The notes under the pieces: model-generated | The model's database searches: none | What the model was told of the DNA's origin: nothing | The model's input: only the letters and a program-made list of their open reading frames with translations | Assembly: GCA_030295235.1 (NCBI GenBank) | Contig: AP026156.1 | Span: 248,001-297,880, forward strand | Source of the DNA: Fistulifera solaris | Taxonomy: Eukaryota | Direction of reading: 5' to 3' | DNA: 49,880 bases | Position numbers and translations under genes: made by a program | Shown: piece by piece, positions 12,270 to 23,706 of the stretch | Layout: each line of letters opens with the position of its first letter | How positions within the stretch are numbered: position 1 is the stretch's first letter

Positions 12270-13693
12270 CTTTCCGGAAATCGGGCATTGGGCCATTTCT
12301 TACACTTACACCAATATTGTACACTGTTCGGTTTGGCGTTGGGTTTTGCTTTCCGGCCTCCGGTCCCAATTTCAGAACACAGAACATGATCTTTAGCGAG
12401 TTGCGAGTTGCTAGAGAAGAGAGAAGTCGAGAGGAGTCGCAGTCGCGTGTGTTGCGATCGTCGATCGTCGCCTCGAAATTTCCAGCCTTGAGCTTCCCGT
12501 CAACTCTAGGAAGGAATCTCGGTCCCAGATCATGCCCCTCCAAGCTCCTGTCTCTCTGTCCTCTTTTTTTGTCATGAGTGCGCCAGATCGAGATCCTCGA
12601 GACGCCAGAAAATCAACTGATTACAACACGTCATAAAAATCTTCGGTCAAAAGAGCGTTTTCCTACCATGCGCTAATTTGGCTATGAATGTTGAAATCTC
12701 GACGACTAAATCGAGAAGACATAATTGATGGCCTTCTTCTCAAAGTGGTTTCAACATTTTTTCAGCAAGGCTGCGTGCGTGATCGACACGATGCAAAATA
12801 GAGCATGGCGAATGCTGTCGATCGAATAGATCGCGCGTCCAGCAACTCGACTAGTCAAAGTATAGTGTCTTTACCACTGCAATTCTGCGTATTTATAGGC
12901 AACGCTGCTTTGCAATCCCATCCATCCTCATCGTCGCTGAAATGAAGCTCGAACGTCACACCAGTAATGGCACAATAGCAACTTTCGTTGGTTTCAGAAA
13001 GACTGCAATCATACGCCATTCATCCGTTGTCGCTCAAATCGAGCGATTCTTTGGCGCCAAAAACCATCGCTTTGCGCTTTGGAGGAAGCGCGATGAAAAC
13101 TAATGGAAAGGGTCTAATCCTCAAGCGAAGTGACGGTATTCTTTCGTGAAGTTAGGCCGCCATCCACCATTGAGGCTCGTGAACACGACCGACGAAGAAA
13201 AAAAGGATATAATACAGCATTAAAATGGGCCGAATAACAAGCAATGTCGCACGAGCAACTACAATAACTACAAATAACAAGCCCATCCGTCGAGCTACCG
13301 TTTAGATTCATGCGTCGAGTGACTAGGTGACTAGGGACTACAACCTAGGACCTAGGACTATAACCTATGACTGAAACATAAAACCTAATAACCTTATACG
13401 TTCTGAACTTGGGCAACGGGCAATTAACATTATTATGTCTCGAGCATCTTTTTGTAAGACGTTTTGGAGATACTGTAGTCTACATTACTATGCAAACATA
13501 GTGGAAGACAAAGATCCAAGCTCGAGTATACAATAGTGAGTACCCTCGTACGTATTCAATGGCTGCTGCACCTCGCCGCTGTTCATCTTTTGCCGATGCG
13601 AGATTTCTGCGCTTTTTATGCTTCTTGCTTGCTTCTTGGAAGCAACCTGAACATAAGCATGAGGTAAACGAAAGCCATTGAAGCGAAGCTACC

Positions 13694-16600
13694 ATGAAAT
13701 ATCGCGATAAAATATTCAAGAGGAGTAGCCGAGTTGTCTTTCTATCGGCATTGTGGTGTACAAGCAGTTTTGTTTTGTTATATCGACGACTTATTACGTC
13801 GGGGCTCTCAGCGCCATTGGATTTTCAGAGTCATGCTTATATACCTTCCTCTTCCGAGATTGACATTCTCAACAAGCCAGAAAGCAAGCAGTCTGATCCA
13901 TCTTTGACTCAGACTGTTTTCACGACGGATGAAGTAGAAAAAGAGAAGTTTACGTTAACTGACGTTCCCTTTCCTTCTCCAATCGACCATAATGTGAAAG
14001 CGACAGAGGAACCACAGCCGCTTCAGCTGTCTGTGGAGTCAATAGAACAATTTGTTTTGCCCGAAAACCAAGTGCTTCTTTCGAACAACGAGCAGAGGGC
14101 TCCGACAACGGAAGAAGCCCGAGAGGAGCCGATGTTGGAACCAACAGTGCAATCTGGGTCAATAGAGACGCAAGAATCTGAAACAGCCGAGTCGAATAGC
14201 CAAACGATAGACGAGACACCGCCAGAGCCACAGTCGGTATCACCCGTAACGGATCATGTTCCATCGACCGAGCAAACCATCGAAACGACACCAGAGGCAC
14301 CACCCGAGCAGCCTGCGGAACTCACCGCGGAATCGATAGCAGTAGAAACGATAGCAATGTCTTCAACGGAGCAGAATGCTCATGTGGAGGAAGGAGCACA
14401 ATCACAGCAGCCGACGGACACAATATCGTACTCTACTTCGTCCGAAGTCCAAGAGTATCTTTTGACCGAGCAGAATAGTGAAACGACGGAAGATAAGCAA
14501 CCCGAGCGACCTTCGGAATCCGTCGCAGAATCACCAGCGCTAGAAACCTCTTCTTTAAACGACCAGTTTGTTGAAACTACGGAACAAATACAACTGGAGC
14601 CATCCTCGGAACCAGTAGCGCGGTTTGTATCGCCAGAGGATGGATATTCTGTCACCGAACAGTATGTTGAAACAAAGGAAGTGAATCAACCCGTGCATTC
14701 TTCGGAACAAGTAGCACAATCTGTATCGCCAGAGGCTGAATACTCTTCATTTGAGCAGACTGTTGAAACGACAGAAGTTAATCATTCCGGGCAATCTGGG
14801 GAGTCCATTGTGGAATCGGTACCAACGGACACGCAAGAAGGATTTACGACCGAGCAGAAAAGCGAAACAGCGGAAAACGCACAACCAAAGCCGTCTTTGG
14901 AAACACTCGCGCAAGCTCATTCTTCATCGACCAATCAAATGACGAGTGAAGCACAATTAGAGCAGCCGTTTGCCGAATCCGCGACAGCACCTCTGTCGTC
15001 GCAAAGAGAAGAGGGTTCGACCGAGCACAATATTGAAACGGTGGAAGAAGCAAAGCTAGAGCCGTCTTCGGAATCATTTGCGCAAATTGCACCACCACAA
15101 CTCCAGGACTCTTCATCCCCCGATCAAAGTATTCAATTGCCGAACGAAGCACAATTGGAGCAGCCGTCTGCCGAATCAATCACGGAACCCTCATGGCCGG
15201 AAAGGGAAGAGGTTGCTTCGACCGAACACCATGTTGAAACCACTGACCAAACACAATCAGAGCCGTCTCCGGACTCATTTGCGCAACCCGCATCACCACA
15301 ACTGCAAGATACATCATCGATCGATCAAAGTATGCAAATGACGAATGGCGCAAACATAGAGGAGCCGTCTTCGGTATTATTAGCGCAACCTGTATCATCA
15401 GAGCACCAGGAAATTTCATCGACCGAAGAAGGAGTACCAACGACTGCTGAAGCACAAATAGAACAGACGACTGAACCAAATCAACAATCCTCATCACCAG
15501 AAACGAATAATTTTCAAACGATCGAGCAGAATGCTGAAACGGCAGAGGAAATACAACCAGAACAGCCTTGGGAATCCAGCGCGGAACCGGAAAAAGAACA
15601 TTTATCTTTGACCGAGCAAATTGTCTCACCGAAGGGAGATAAACAAGGAGAGCAACCGTGGAAATCGATTTTAGCCATTCTTGAAAACCCTCAATCGTCG
15701 CAGCCAAATCTTGACGAGTCCGATGTCGCCGCACCTTCCTTTTGGAGTACCATGTCCTGGGGTGAGCTACGAGCGCGTATAACGGAAACAAGCCCAACAT
15801 TTTCGTGCAATGAAACGCAACCAGGAGATCTGATATTGTTGCCCAAATCCAACCAGTCCGAAGTGAACTGGCCCGGAACCAAGATTAGCAATACCGATCA
15901 AACCATTTGCAAGTTTGATGCGAGAGCGTTTACACATCATCTTCCGCATGCTATGCAGTCCGTTTATGCCTGTTGGACACTTTGGGAACAGCATGGCGGA
16001 CATCCTGTTCTCGTCGGACCCCAGGACCATGTCGGTTTCAACCAGACGTTCAAGGATCGCTTTATGAAAGGACTGGTCGAAGCGATGATCGACTACAAGA
16101 ACGTCACAATCATGGCCACCGATCAAGTCGATACCACGGAATTAGAAAGCGCCGTCAAACTCGAAATTTGGGGTTACCATTGGGGCAGTCGTGCTTTTTT
16201 CATGCGTCGCGACGATGCCTGGAAATGGACCGAACACATACTGCAAAGCCAAACTATAGCGCGTGACACCTGTCAAGACGTCGTGCGTGTCGGTATTTTG
16301 AATCGCCGTCCGGCGAATGGACGCTCGATCGAGAATTCGAGAGACATTATGGATCAATTGCACCGCGTGTTTGGCGATAAAATACAAGTGGATCAAATAT
16401 TTTTCGATCTCAGTACATTTCAAGAGCAGATTGCTTGGTTTGCCTCGCACGACATCATTTTAACGGGTCATGGCGCGCAAGAGACGGGCATGCCGTTTAT
16501 GCCGAAATGCGGTGCCATTTTAGAAATCTTTCCGTTTGACTACTTCGTCCCCGATTACTTTGCGGCTTTAAGCGATTCGACTCATGTTCGACATTATATT

Positions 16601-16780
16601 GTAAATAATGACCGTTCACGCGATCCTATAACAGAAACTCAGACAAGTTCCGAACATCCCAAAAGTCGGTATCAAGCCAAGCAAACGAGAATGTGTCCTG
16701 CCACACAGACGACACTGGAGTATCTTTTGACGGCGATCCGTGAATGGGACGCGTGTTGCCGTGCGTCAGGGAGTGTCTGA
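13694..16780 (+). CDS. Type II membrane glycosyltransferase, GT61-like, with a long acidic repeat stem
   Basis: N-terminal TM anchor, then roughly 500 aa of E/S/T/Q/P repeats. The C-terminus GILNRR...R.I.N, TFQEQIAWFASHDIILTGHGAQETGMPFMPKCGAILEIFP resembles the GT61 HGAGLxN...FM motif. Confidence 0.8.
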   Translation: MKYRDKIFKRSSRVVFLSALWCTSSFVLLYRRLITSGLSAPLDFQSHAYIPSSSEIDILNKPESKQSDPSLTQTVFTTDEVEKEKFTLTDVPFPSPIDHNVKATEEPQPLQLSVESIEQFVLPENQVLLSNNEQRAPTTEEAREEPMLEPTVQSGSIETQESETAESNSQTIDETPPEPQSVSPVTDHVPSTEQTIETTPEAPPEQPAELTAESIAVETIAMSSTEQNAHVEEGAQSQQPTDTISYSTSSEVQEYLLTEQNSETTEDKQPERPSESVAESPALETSSLNDQFVETTEQIQLEPSSEPVARFVSPEDGYSVTEQYVETKEVNQPVHSSEQVAQSVSPEAEYSSFEQTVETTEVNHSGQSGESIVESVPTDTQEGFTTEQKSETAENAQPKPSLETLAQAHSSSTNQMTSEAQLEQPFAESATAPLSSQREEGSTEHNIETVEEAKLEPSSESFAQIAPPQLQDSSSPDQSIQLPNEAQLEQPSAESITEPSWPEREEVASTEHHVETTDQTQSEPSPDSFAQPASPQLQDTSSIDQSMQMTNGANIEEPSSVLLAQPVSSEHQEISSTEEGVPTTAEAQIEQTTEPNQQSSSPETNNFQTIEQNAETAEEIQPEQPWESSAEPEKEHLSLTEQIVSPKGDKQGEQPWKSILAILENPQSSQPNLDESDVAAPSFWSTMSWGELRARITETSPTFSCNETQPGDLILLPKSNQSEVNWPGTKISNTDQTICKFDARAFTHHLPHAMQSVYACWTLWEQHGGHPVLVGPQDHVGFNQTFKDRFMKGLVEAMIDYKNVTIMATDQVDTTELESAVKLEIWGYHWGSRAFFMRRDDAWKWTEHILQSQTIARDTCQDVVRVGILNRRPANGRSIENSRDIMDQLHRVFGDKIQVDQIFFDLSTFQEQIAWFASHDIILTGHGAQETGMPFMPKCGAILEIFPFDYFVPDYFAALSDSTHVRHYIVNNDRSRDPITETQTSSEHPKSRYQAKQTRMCPATQTTLEYLLTAIREWDACCRASGSV

Positions 16781-17669
16781 ACGGGTGATCAAAAACGACA
16801 AGTCCTTATTCCCCACATTGACGAAGAATGAATGAAATTTTAAGCTGCTTCTTCGTTAGTCCCTCCAAATTCCTCCAGTCGTTATCCAATCTGGCTCTCC
16901 TCAAGGCCGTCAGAAACCGTTGTAGCTCGTCAATATCGTTGACGACATTATCTCTTGGCCGCCGAGATAATGCCGCGACAACTCAAACCGTGCACTTGCT
17001 ACTGAATGCTGGAACAAGCAGTTTGTCTTTTCTTGTATTTTCAAGTCAAATCCACAAGATGATGATTCCGCCCGGGAATCGCGGAGAGGTGTCATCGAAA
17101 TCACCGGACAAGCGATCGAACCGAACAAGATGAAGCCGAATAGTTAAAGCCGGCTTCATTCAAGTAAAAAAGGTTCACTCAAATTCATCTCCGAGAATAG
17201 CGGGGCGAGCTGGCATTTGCCGAAACCGCGACAATTTGGGCGCAGGCAACCAGCAATGCTTGTAAGCCAACCTTTTTCTTAACGTTTCTAGTGAACCTAC
17301 CAGGTAAGCCGGAGATGATTGTATGTCAAAGAGAGTAAATGAAAAATAATAATGAATGAACGAATAAATTTTCCCCTCCGTCCTCGTTTATTATAGCTGC
17401 TCGTCGCGTCGTTGTTTCTTTTATTCATTTTCGTAACCTTTTTTTTTTTAAATACTGTCGCACCGAGCAGCATGTGGGATTGCGCTTAACTCCGCACTCA
17501 TAAGTAACCAAGTCACGAACGAACTTGAAGCAAATCATATATCCTCCTCGACCTTTTTTGCGCCATCCAATCCGCCATCGGAATAAGACTTTCCAAAACG
17601 ATTCTTGTTCTTGACCCACCACCATTGACCCTTTTGAATATCTATTTCCGAGACACATTGGACGTCATA

Positions 17670-18533
17670 ATGGAGCGCAACAGTAACAGCTATCGAAACA
17701 ACCACAGACGCACACAGCGACTACGACCCCAACTGTTACTGCTGTTCGTCATTTCTTGTTTGCACCGTTTATCCGCCGTACATTCGTTTGCTCCTCCTCC
17801 ACAACCGCGACATTCTCCCATGATTCACCAACGATATTCGACACCATTGTACGCGAGTCGATGGGGAATTCGTTCGAAAATAAAATCGTTCGTGTCACGG
17901 ATCGTGCGAACGAAAACAAATCATTCGCCCGAGCTTATTGCCATTGATGAACCAGTGAATGCCTCTTCTACCACAGCTCTTATTGACGATTCAAAGAAGC
18001 AGGAGACAACGCCAATCAACGACGAAACGGAAATACCGACACCACAATCGACAAGATCAACGACCACCAACCAAATTGATTTGACGGGTTCATGGAAGTT
18101 ATTGGTGGATGATGCATTCTTACAACAATATCAAGATTATTTGACCAAATTGGGACAGCCCTTTTGGGTACGATCGATTGCCTTGTCCATTGTTGCTCGG
18201 ACGACCGAAGAAACGCAACAAACACGGCAAGGTGAATCACTGTGGATCAAAGGGACGAATGTGCGGGGGACGTGGGAACGAACCTTGTTGACAACTACAT
18301 CCAATGCCACACTCACGACCGCCGATGGAGAAACCGTGCAATACGAAGCATGGTGGGAAGGACCGGTCCATGTATCGTGGTTGCGGGGTGTTCAAAAGTA
18401 CGGAGGTGGATCGTTTGAAAGTCGACGCTTTTTGACTCCAGCAGGAAGCTTGGTGTGTGAATCGACGTTTCATCCCAATGACGCGACGCGCGACACGGCC
18501 TGTGTCACTTGGACGTTTGTCAAGGAACAATGA
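17670..18533 (+). CDS. Probable plastid-targeted lipocalin/FABP-fold protein
   Basis: Signal peptide ending VHS|FAP (ASAFAP type). DLTGSWKL...YQDYLTKLGQPFWVR resembles the N-terminal GxW motif and helices of FABP-like barrels. Confidence 0.6.
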   Translation: MERNSNSYRNNHRRTQRLRPQLLLLFVISCLHRLSAVHSFAPPPQPRHSPMIHQRYSTPLYASRWGIRSKIKSFVSRIVRTKTNHSPELIAIDEPVNASSTTALIDDSKKQETTPINDETEIPTPQSTRSTTTNQIDLTGSWKLLVDDAFLQQYQDYLTKLGQPFWVRSIALSIVARTTEETQQTRQGESLWIKGTNVRGTWERTLLTTTSNATLTTADGETVQYEAWWEGPVHVSWLRGVQKYGGGSFESRRFLTPAGSLVCESTFHPNDATRDTACVTWTFVKEQ

Positions 18534-18661
18534 AATGCGACATTTGGACGATGATGGGATCAACACTCTACAGAAGCTCAAGTTGTCGACTGACTTGAGG
18601 AGCGATTGTCCTCCAAGAGTAATGCATATATGGGTACGCCACGACCACGATCGAAGCACGC

Positions 18662-19125
18662 ATGATCTTCAATTTATTTCAAGAAGCCGATATTGGCTGC
18701 GGTTGTCAGGTTATGTGTTATGACGCCAGGTCACGCGTTGACATGTACCTGACCTTCGAACGTCGTCCTCGCTTGAACGACAACTGGGACGGCTGGGATT
18801 GCGATGCCACGCTACCCTCGAACAATCAAACATGCAATGCACTTGCCCGGAACCTAATTCTCACTGCCGTGTGGCTGTGCATGGCGATTCATTTGAGCGA
18901 CCGCATTCCAAGTGCTCGATAACTTGTAATGTAGATATCGCCCCAAATCCCTGCATCGCAAATCCAGCAGATCCTACTTGTTTCTGCCTAATCAATCCGG
19001 CCAATCCCACTTGCCTTTGTCTTTTAACCCCTACAGACCCTTCTTGCCTTTGTATCACAAATCCGGCAAATCCTGCTTGCCTTTGCATTACAAATCCTAC
19101 AGACCCTTCCTGCACCCCTAATTGA
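18662..19125 (+). CDS. PPC-like family paralog 3: 5'-truncated, frameshift near 18847, C-terminal CxxNPxDPxC repeats
   Basis: IFNLFQEADIGCGC...RVDMYLTFERRPRLNDNWDGWDC continues in another frame as PEPNSHCRVAVHGD...CSITC, followed by five 11-aa Cys/Pro repeats. No signal peptide was found. Confidence 0.7.
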
Positions 19126-19269
19126 GCAAGCAGTATTGACATAATATTAAGCCTCTGTTTAATTGAAGTCAATCATACTGATCTTGCAATAGGTTGTGCT
19201 TTACGAAGTAGGACTTATACTTTGTTCTTATTTCGACGAAGGGTTCTGCAGGTCAAACAACGTCGTCTT

Positions 19270-19485
19270 CACTTGGTGTACATGGCAAAGCCTTTTTAAA
19301 AATGCCATCCAGATTAATCACAGCCGCCGAATCAGCACTCTTCTTGATATCCATTGCCAATGCATGCTTTTTCTTTCCGGTTCATCCATTGCACTAATTT
19401 CGTCATATCTTAAGAATCCTTCCGCCTCCATGTGCAGTGAATTGCTTTTGATTTTGATTTGCGGATTGTCGTAGATCGCGTTCCT
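19270..19485 (-). pseudogene. Decayed fragment of the NiSOD-like domain of the Ub-NiSOD-derived family
   Basis: The DNA resembles 22795-22890 and 23000-23130 (e.g. ctttccggttcatcca.tgcactaatttcgtcatatct; gtacatggcaaag; aatcagcactcttcttg), with an internal deletion of about 100 bp. Confidence 0.75.
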
Positions 19486-19648
19486 AAATAGGCGTCTTTG
19501 ACCTTCTAAATGCCCAAGGTCCGGTGACGTAAGCTGCTAATACTCAGTGCAACGGTTGCGCCTAGTTCTTAGGGCCGAGGTAGATAAGCAATTCTTGATT
19601 TCGACTATGAAATTTGCTTGGTAATGTCCCTCGTTGTCCAATTTTTCG

Positions 19649-21134
19649 TCACTGAATGTACATGATGAACAGTTTCTTCAAAGCAGCATCCAATTTATCC
19701 ACCGTTGCAATATCAACGCTACTTTTTTAAGTCCAGCGCCAAGCGCATGACTTTATGATGTGCTTTTAAGGCTGCATGAAAGAAGTCCTCGTCATCAAAG
19801 TTTCGTCTCTCGACGCGCTCGCACAAACAAAACTCAGCGACCGTCTTAAAAATGTCCGTAGCATACTTTTCTTTCTTGTTCATCCAATATTCAATTTTCG
19901 TAAAATCCCGCAGTTCTCCTCGTAGCTTCTTCACCTTGTGGATGGATTTGCGTATCCTTGCAGCTCGTAGCTTCAGTTCCGCCACCATGGCCGGCTCATC
20001 AAATGATCCGATGGGTACGTCACCACGATTGTGTCGATATGGCAATGCCACCATTAGATCAAAATGAATCTCGTCGGATTGTTGAGTCTCGTCCGGAAGC
20101 ATTGATCCAAATGTGTTTGATTTGTTGAAACTTTCTCCGAAGTAACGAAGGCGCTGATCGTTAGGAAGAATTCCTGTCTTCTCATATATGATTCTCTTCA
20201 TTTTGGAAATTTTCGAGGATCTTCGGACACACAAGGTTAAAGTTTTGCCCGAAATGGATCTGACATGTACCTGTTTATAACGACATAGGAATCAAAGTGA
20301 GGCAAAGTCGATTATAGGGAACATCTGTTTCAACAACGAAACGAATTCAGTAAGCAAAGGCTGCATACGTACGGTCAGGGAGGGGTGCGTTATTGAGAGG
20401 TGGAGGATTTTGCAGTGATGGAGCAAGCTCCTCATTGTCCAGCGCAACGTCAATGATGCTATTATTTTTGAGGTGGTAGTCATTGACTGTGCGATGCTTT
20501 TCCAACGGAATGCCATAGAAAGTAAGGGACTGTCGTTCGATTGGACTATCATGAAAATGGGCCTCAAATCGTTTCATGAGAGTGTGAATTGAAGCCGCTG
20601 ATTCGACTATGATAGGAACAAAGCGATCAGGTATTTGACGCATGTAGAGCAATACCTAATACGCACAACCGAAACCATTTGTTGTGAGAGAATCATGACG
20701 ACTTGGGAAGAATTGATGAAACGTCCTCTCGTACCTTTGAAGAAAACGGAGACGCTCGAGAAGAAAGACAAAATTCCGCGAAAAATAGCCGATCGAGATC
20801 AATAACATTTCCATTTTGCACAGCGGAATTGCCAATGGCTGTATTCTCCTCCAAAGGATTGTTGTTGAAATAAAGGCGCTGCTGTGCAACAGGGACACCG
20901 AATTTTTCTTCATACACTTTCATGATATTGCGAAATGTGGTCTGCGGCTGGAATCGGAAACGAGTTGCCTTACGAGTAAGTAAGTCAAAGATGACAACCT
21001 GTCAAGAAGAACATGTTTGATTGCTCGTGAGGATGAGTTTCTTTAGATGAATGTCATGCAGAATCACGCGATGTCGAATGCATTATACCGGGTACATCGT
21101 CACAACCGATCCCACTTACAGTGATGCCACTCAT
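19649..21134 (-). CDS. Ub-NiSOD-derived gene, copy A: three divergent ubiquitin-like domains plus a NiSOD-like helical domain, four exons
   Basis: Exons are about 21120-21134 (MSGIT), 20735-20998, ~20373-20655 and 19649-20270, with GT-AG introns. UBL motifs GVPVAQQRLYF, PIERQSLTFYG and GILPNDQRLRY. The C-terminus reads DVPIGSFDEPAMVAELK...AEFCLCERV...LKAHHKVM. An extra A near 19725 shifts the last helix, and the exon 3 donor phase is uncertain. Confidence 0.7.
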
Positions 21135-21386
21135 GGTTTGCAGGAACGAAGGAGATGTAAATTGAAGGAGTGAATGGGTGTATAATTTCGGGTTGTTGTG
21201 TAATATAAAGCTCGTTACAAGTATAGGTGTTGTTCTTCTATATTTGCTGCTTGCTGCCCGAGCCCAATAATAGGGATTGCGCTCGTCATCGTAACTTCAA
21301 GGATCAAGGATCATACGGAATACGGAACAGCGAATGCAGAACGCCGCGAAATGTACAAGTATCAAGTATTGATCCGGATCGGAGAC

Positions 21387-21455
21387 GACGTTAAAATTCT
21401 GCCTCGCCGTAGGCTCCACGTAGAAACTTGTACTGAGAGGCAGAATTTTAACGTC
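21387..21455. repeat. 69-bp hairpin element, copy 2
   Basis: Same 19-bp inverted arms as 12201..12269, with one substitution in the loop. Confidence 0.9.
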
Positions 21456-21510
21456 CTTCCCACTTTGGATGCATATGCGATATGCGATGCATCATCTCTG
21501 TATCCGTCTG

Positions 21511-21557
21511 CCGTCTGTCCGAGATCCGGCCGATCCGTCTGTCCGAGATCCGGCCGA
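21511..21557. repeat. Tandem duplication of a 24-bp unit
   Basis: CCGTCTGTCCGAGATCCGGCCGA(T) occurs twice in a row. Confidence 0.85.
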
Positions 21558-22701
21558 CCGTGGCGACGACGACTTCTTTGCACAAGGCAAATTTCCTTGC
21601 TTTTGCAAAAGTACGAGCGAGTATAATGATGAATAAGGCAATGCAATTGTTGCGATCGAAGGAATTGTTCAGTAAGTTCTTTTCTAAATTGGAGATAGAT
21701 GACGAGTTGTGCTGGAGACGTGAAAGCCTGTACGCGGCGTAAAGGTTTCGAATAATCAAGCAAACAATTGCGAACAGATGAAGTCACATCACCCGAGCAT
21801 TTTTTTCATTCTTATACCGTAATGATTCTTTCCATTTACCATTTTCGATTTCCATTCGCTTCTGTACCAAAGACGAAATACTGAAAGATGCTGCTATATT
21901 CGGTAGAATTTTTGTAAACCGCTCGCCAAGAAAGTTAGTCGCAGAACGTTTTCAACCGAGTTGAGTGTTTCGTTGTCTTTCCACCCGATGGGATGAAAGA
22001 GATACCAAAGACTGACACAGCACAGCTCGCAGCCTGGAGTCAATTTTAAAAACAGTCGGTGCGCTTTTGTGTTCTCTGAAACTGGGGCAACGATCAAGCT
22101 TTATAACTTTACACCAGCGGCAAACAGCACAAATTGTCTATGAACTGCGTTTTTAGCCGGTGCAGCGTTTCGAAAGAATTACGGAAACACAAGCCTGCAA
22201 ACAACAAATCGCCGCAGGTATCCTTTTACGCTACGAATAGCAAACGCACTGAAACGTACGAATCAACTCGTTGACAATTGTAAAGTGTTGGCGATGACCG
22301 AGCACTAGCAATTTTATGAGAAACGAGAGAAAGGATGACCCATCGCATAACATGTCTGATCGACGTCACATATTCTCTTTATCGTTGAGTTGGTGGTCGA
22401 CCATTCGATTGCGGCCAGTGATTTCGACGTCCTTCAACCATGCTGTTCGGTCGCTTTTCCCATGAACGTTTCTAAAAAAATGCGCTACAATGTTTCTACG
22501 GGAATCTTGGGGCTTTAGGCTTCAAACCAAGTGGTTGGTGAGACATGCAATCATTTACGCGAGGCGGATTTTAAGACAATCGAATCAGAGGCACACTCTC
22601 TCTGGTGAGATTCTCGAATTACCCTACGACAATTATCTTACCCGCGGCTCCCTTGAAGTCAAATTATAAGCGTAATGCTAAGTCGTGTCATGAGTAAGGA
22701 G

Positions 22702-23706
22702 CTATGTAGCTCGTATACAGATCAGTACTGACGATTGGCAACTCGCTAAATCTGTTAAAGAGATGTTGCTATCGCATGAAGTTTTCATCTGGTGTACCTG
22801 GTACATGGCAAAGAGTTTCTTCAAATCCTCATCCAGTGTGTTCGCAGTCGCGAAATCAGCACTCTTCTTGGTCTCCCTTGCCGCATGCATAACATCGTGA
22901 TGTGCCTTGAAGGCGGCTACATAAAAGTCTTCGTCATCGAACTTTCTCCTTTCGACAGCGTTGACACATGCAAAATTCACCCATCGTTTTGATGATCTCG
23001 TTCGCATGCTTTTCTTTCCGGTTCATCCACTGCACTAATTTCGTCATATCTTGCAAATCCCCACCCACGCTTTGTGCAGTTGATTGATTTTGATCATCGA
23101 TTTGCGGATTGTCGTAGCTCGCGTTTTCAATTCGGCCACCATGGCCGGTTCCTCAAACGCACCACGGGGTACAGAATCACGGTGCCGTCGCGGTTGACGG
23201 AGTTCCAACTGCAATGTTGCGCCGTCTTTGAGTTGGTAAAAGCCCAGGGTCCGATGGCCTTCCATCTGACGCCCGCCTACAATTAGCAGCTGATCCTCCG
23301 GATGAACTCCTGTTTTCAATTGAATGGCATTTTGAATGGTAGATACCGTCAAGAGAGGCCCGAAAACGAACGAATGTGTTATACCCGACAACATCTTTAC
23401 GTGGATCTGCGTAACGAGTTTCAACAGAAGAAAGGATTGGATCGTTGAGAATGAATGAATCAAGGCCTCGATCTTGAAAACGTTACGCTGAAATGCCAAC
23501 GACACGAATACCGACATACCTTCATTGTGGCTGGTGGTGGAGGCACAAAAGGAGAATCACGACCAATTTGAATTCGAAGTTCGATCACAGCCCCCTCATT
23601 GACATGGTAGTCACCGATCGTGCTATTCTTTTCCAAGCGAACCCCACCCATCGTCAGATGCTGACGTTCGATCGGAATAAAGAGTTTCTTTTGATACGAG
23701 AGTAAT
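22702..23706 (-). pseudogene. Ub-NiSOD-derived gene, copy B: partial UBL, intron, UBL and NiSOD-like domain; disrupted
   Basis: ...IPIERQHLTMGGVRLEKNSTIGDYHV...MK|intron|IHVKMLSG...LELRQPRR-HRDSVPRGAFEEPAMVAELKTRATTIRK...KEKHANEIIKTMGEFCMCQR...FKAHHDVMHAA. There are two frameshifts (near 23060 and 22955), the second outside a homopolymer. The 5' part of the first UBL is missing. Confidence 0.7.

Noticed and set aside
21560..22600. Short ORFs on both strands between copies A and B
   Set aside because: No consistent frame or recognisable domain.
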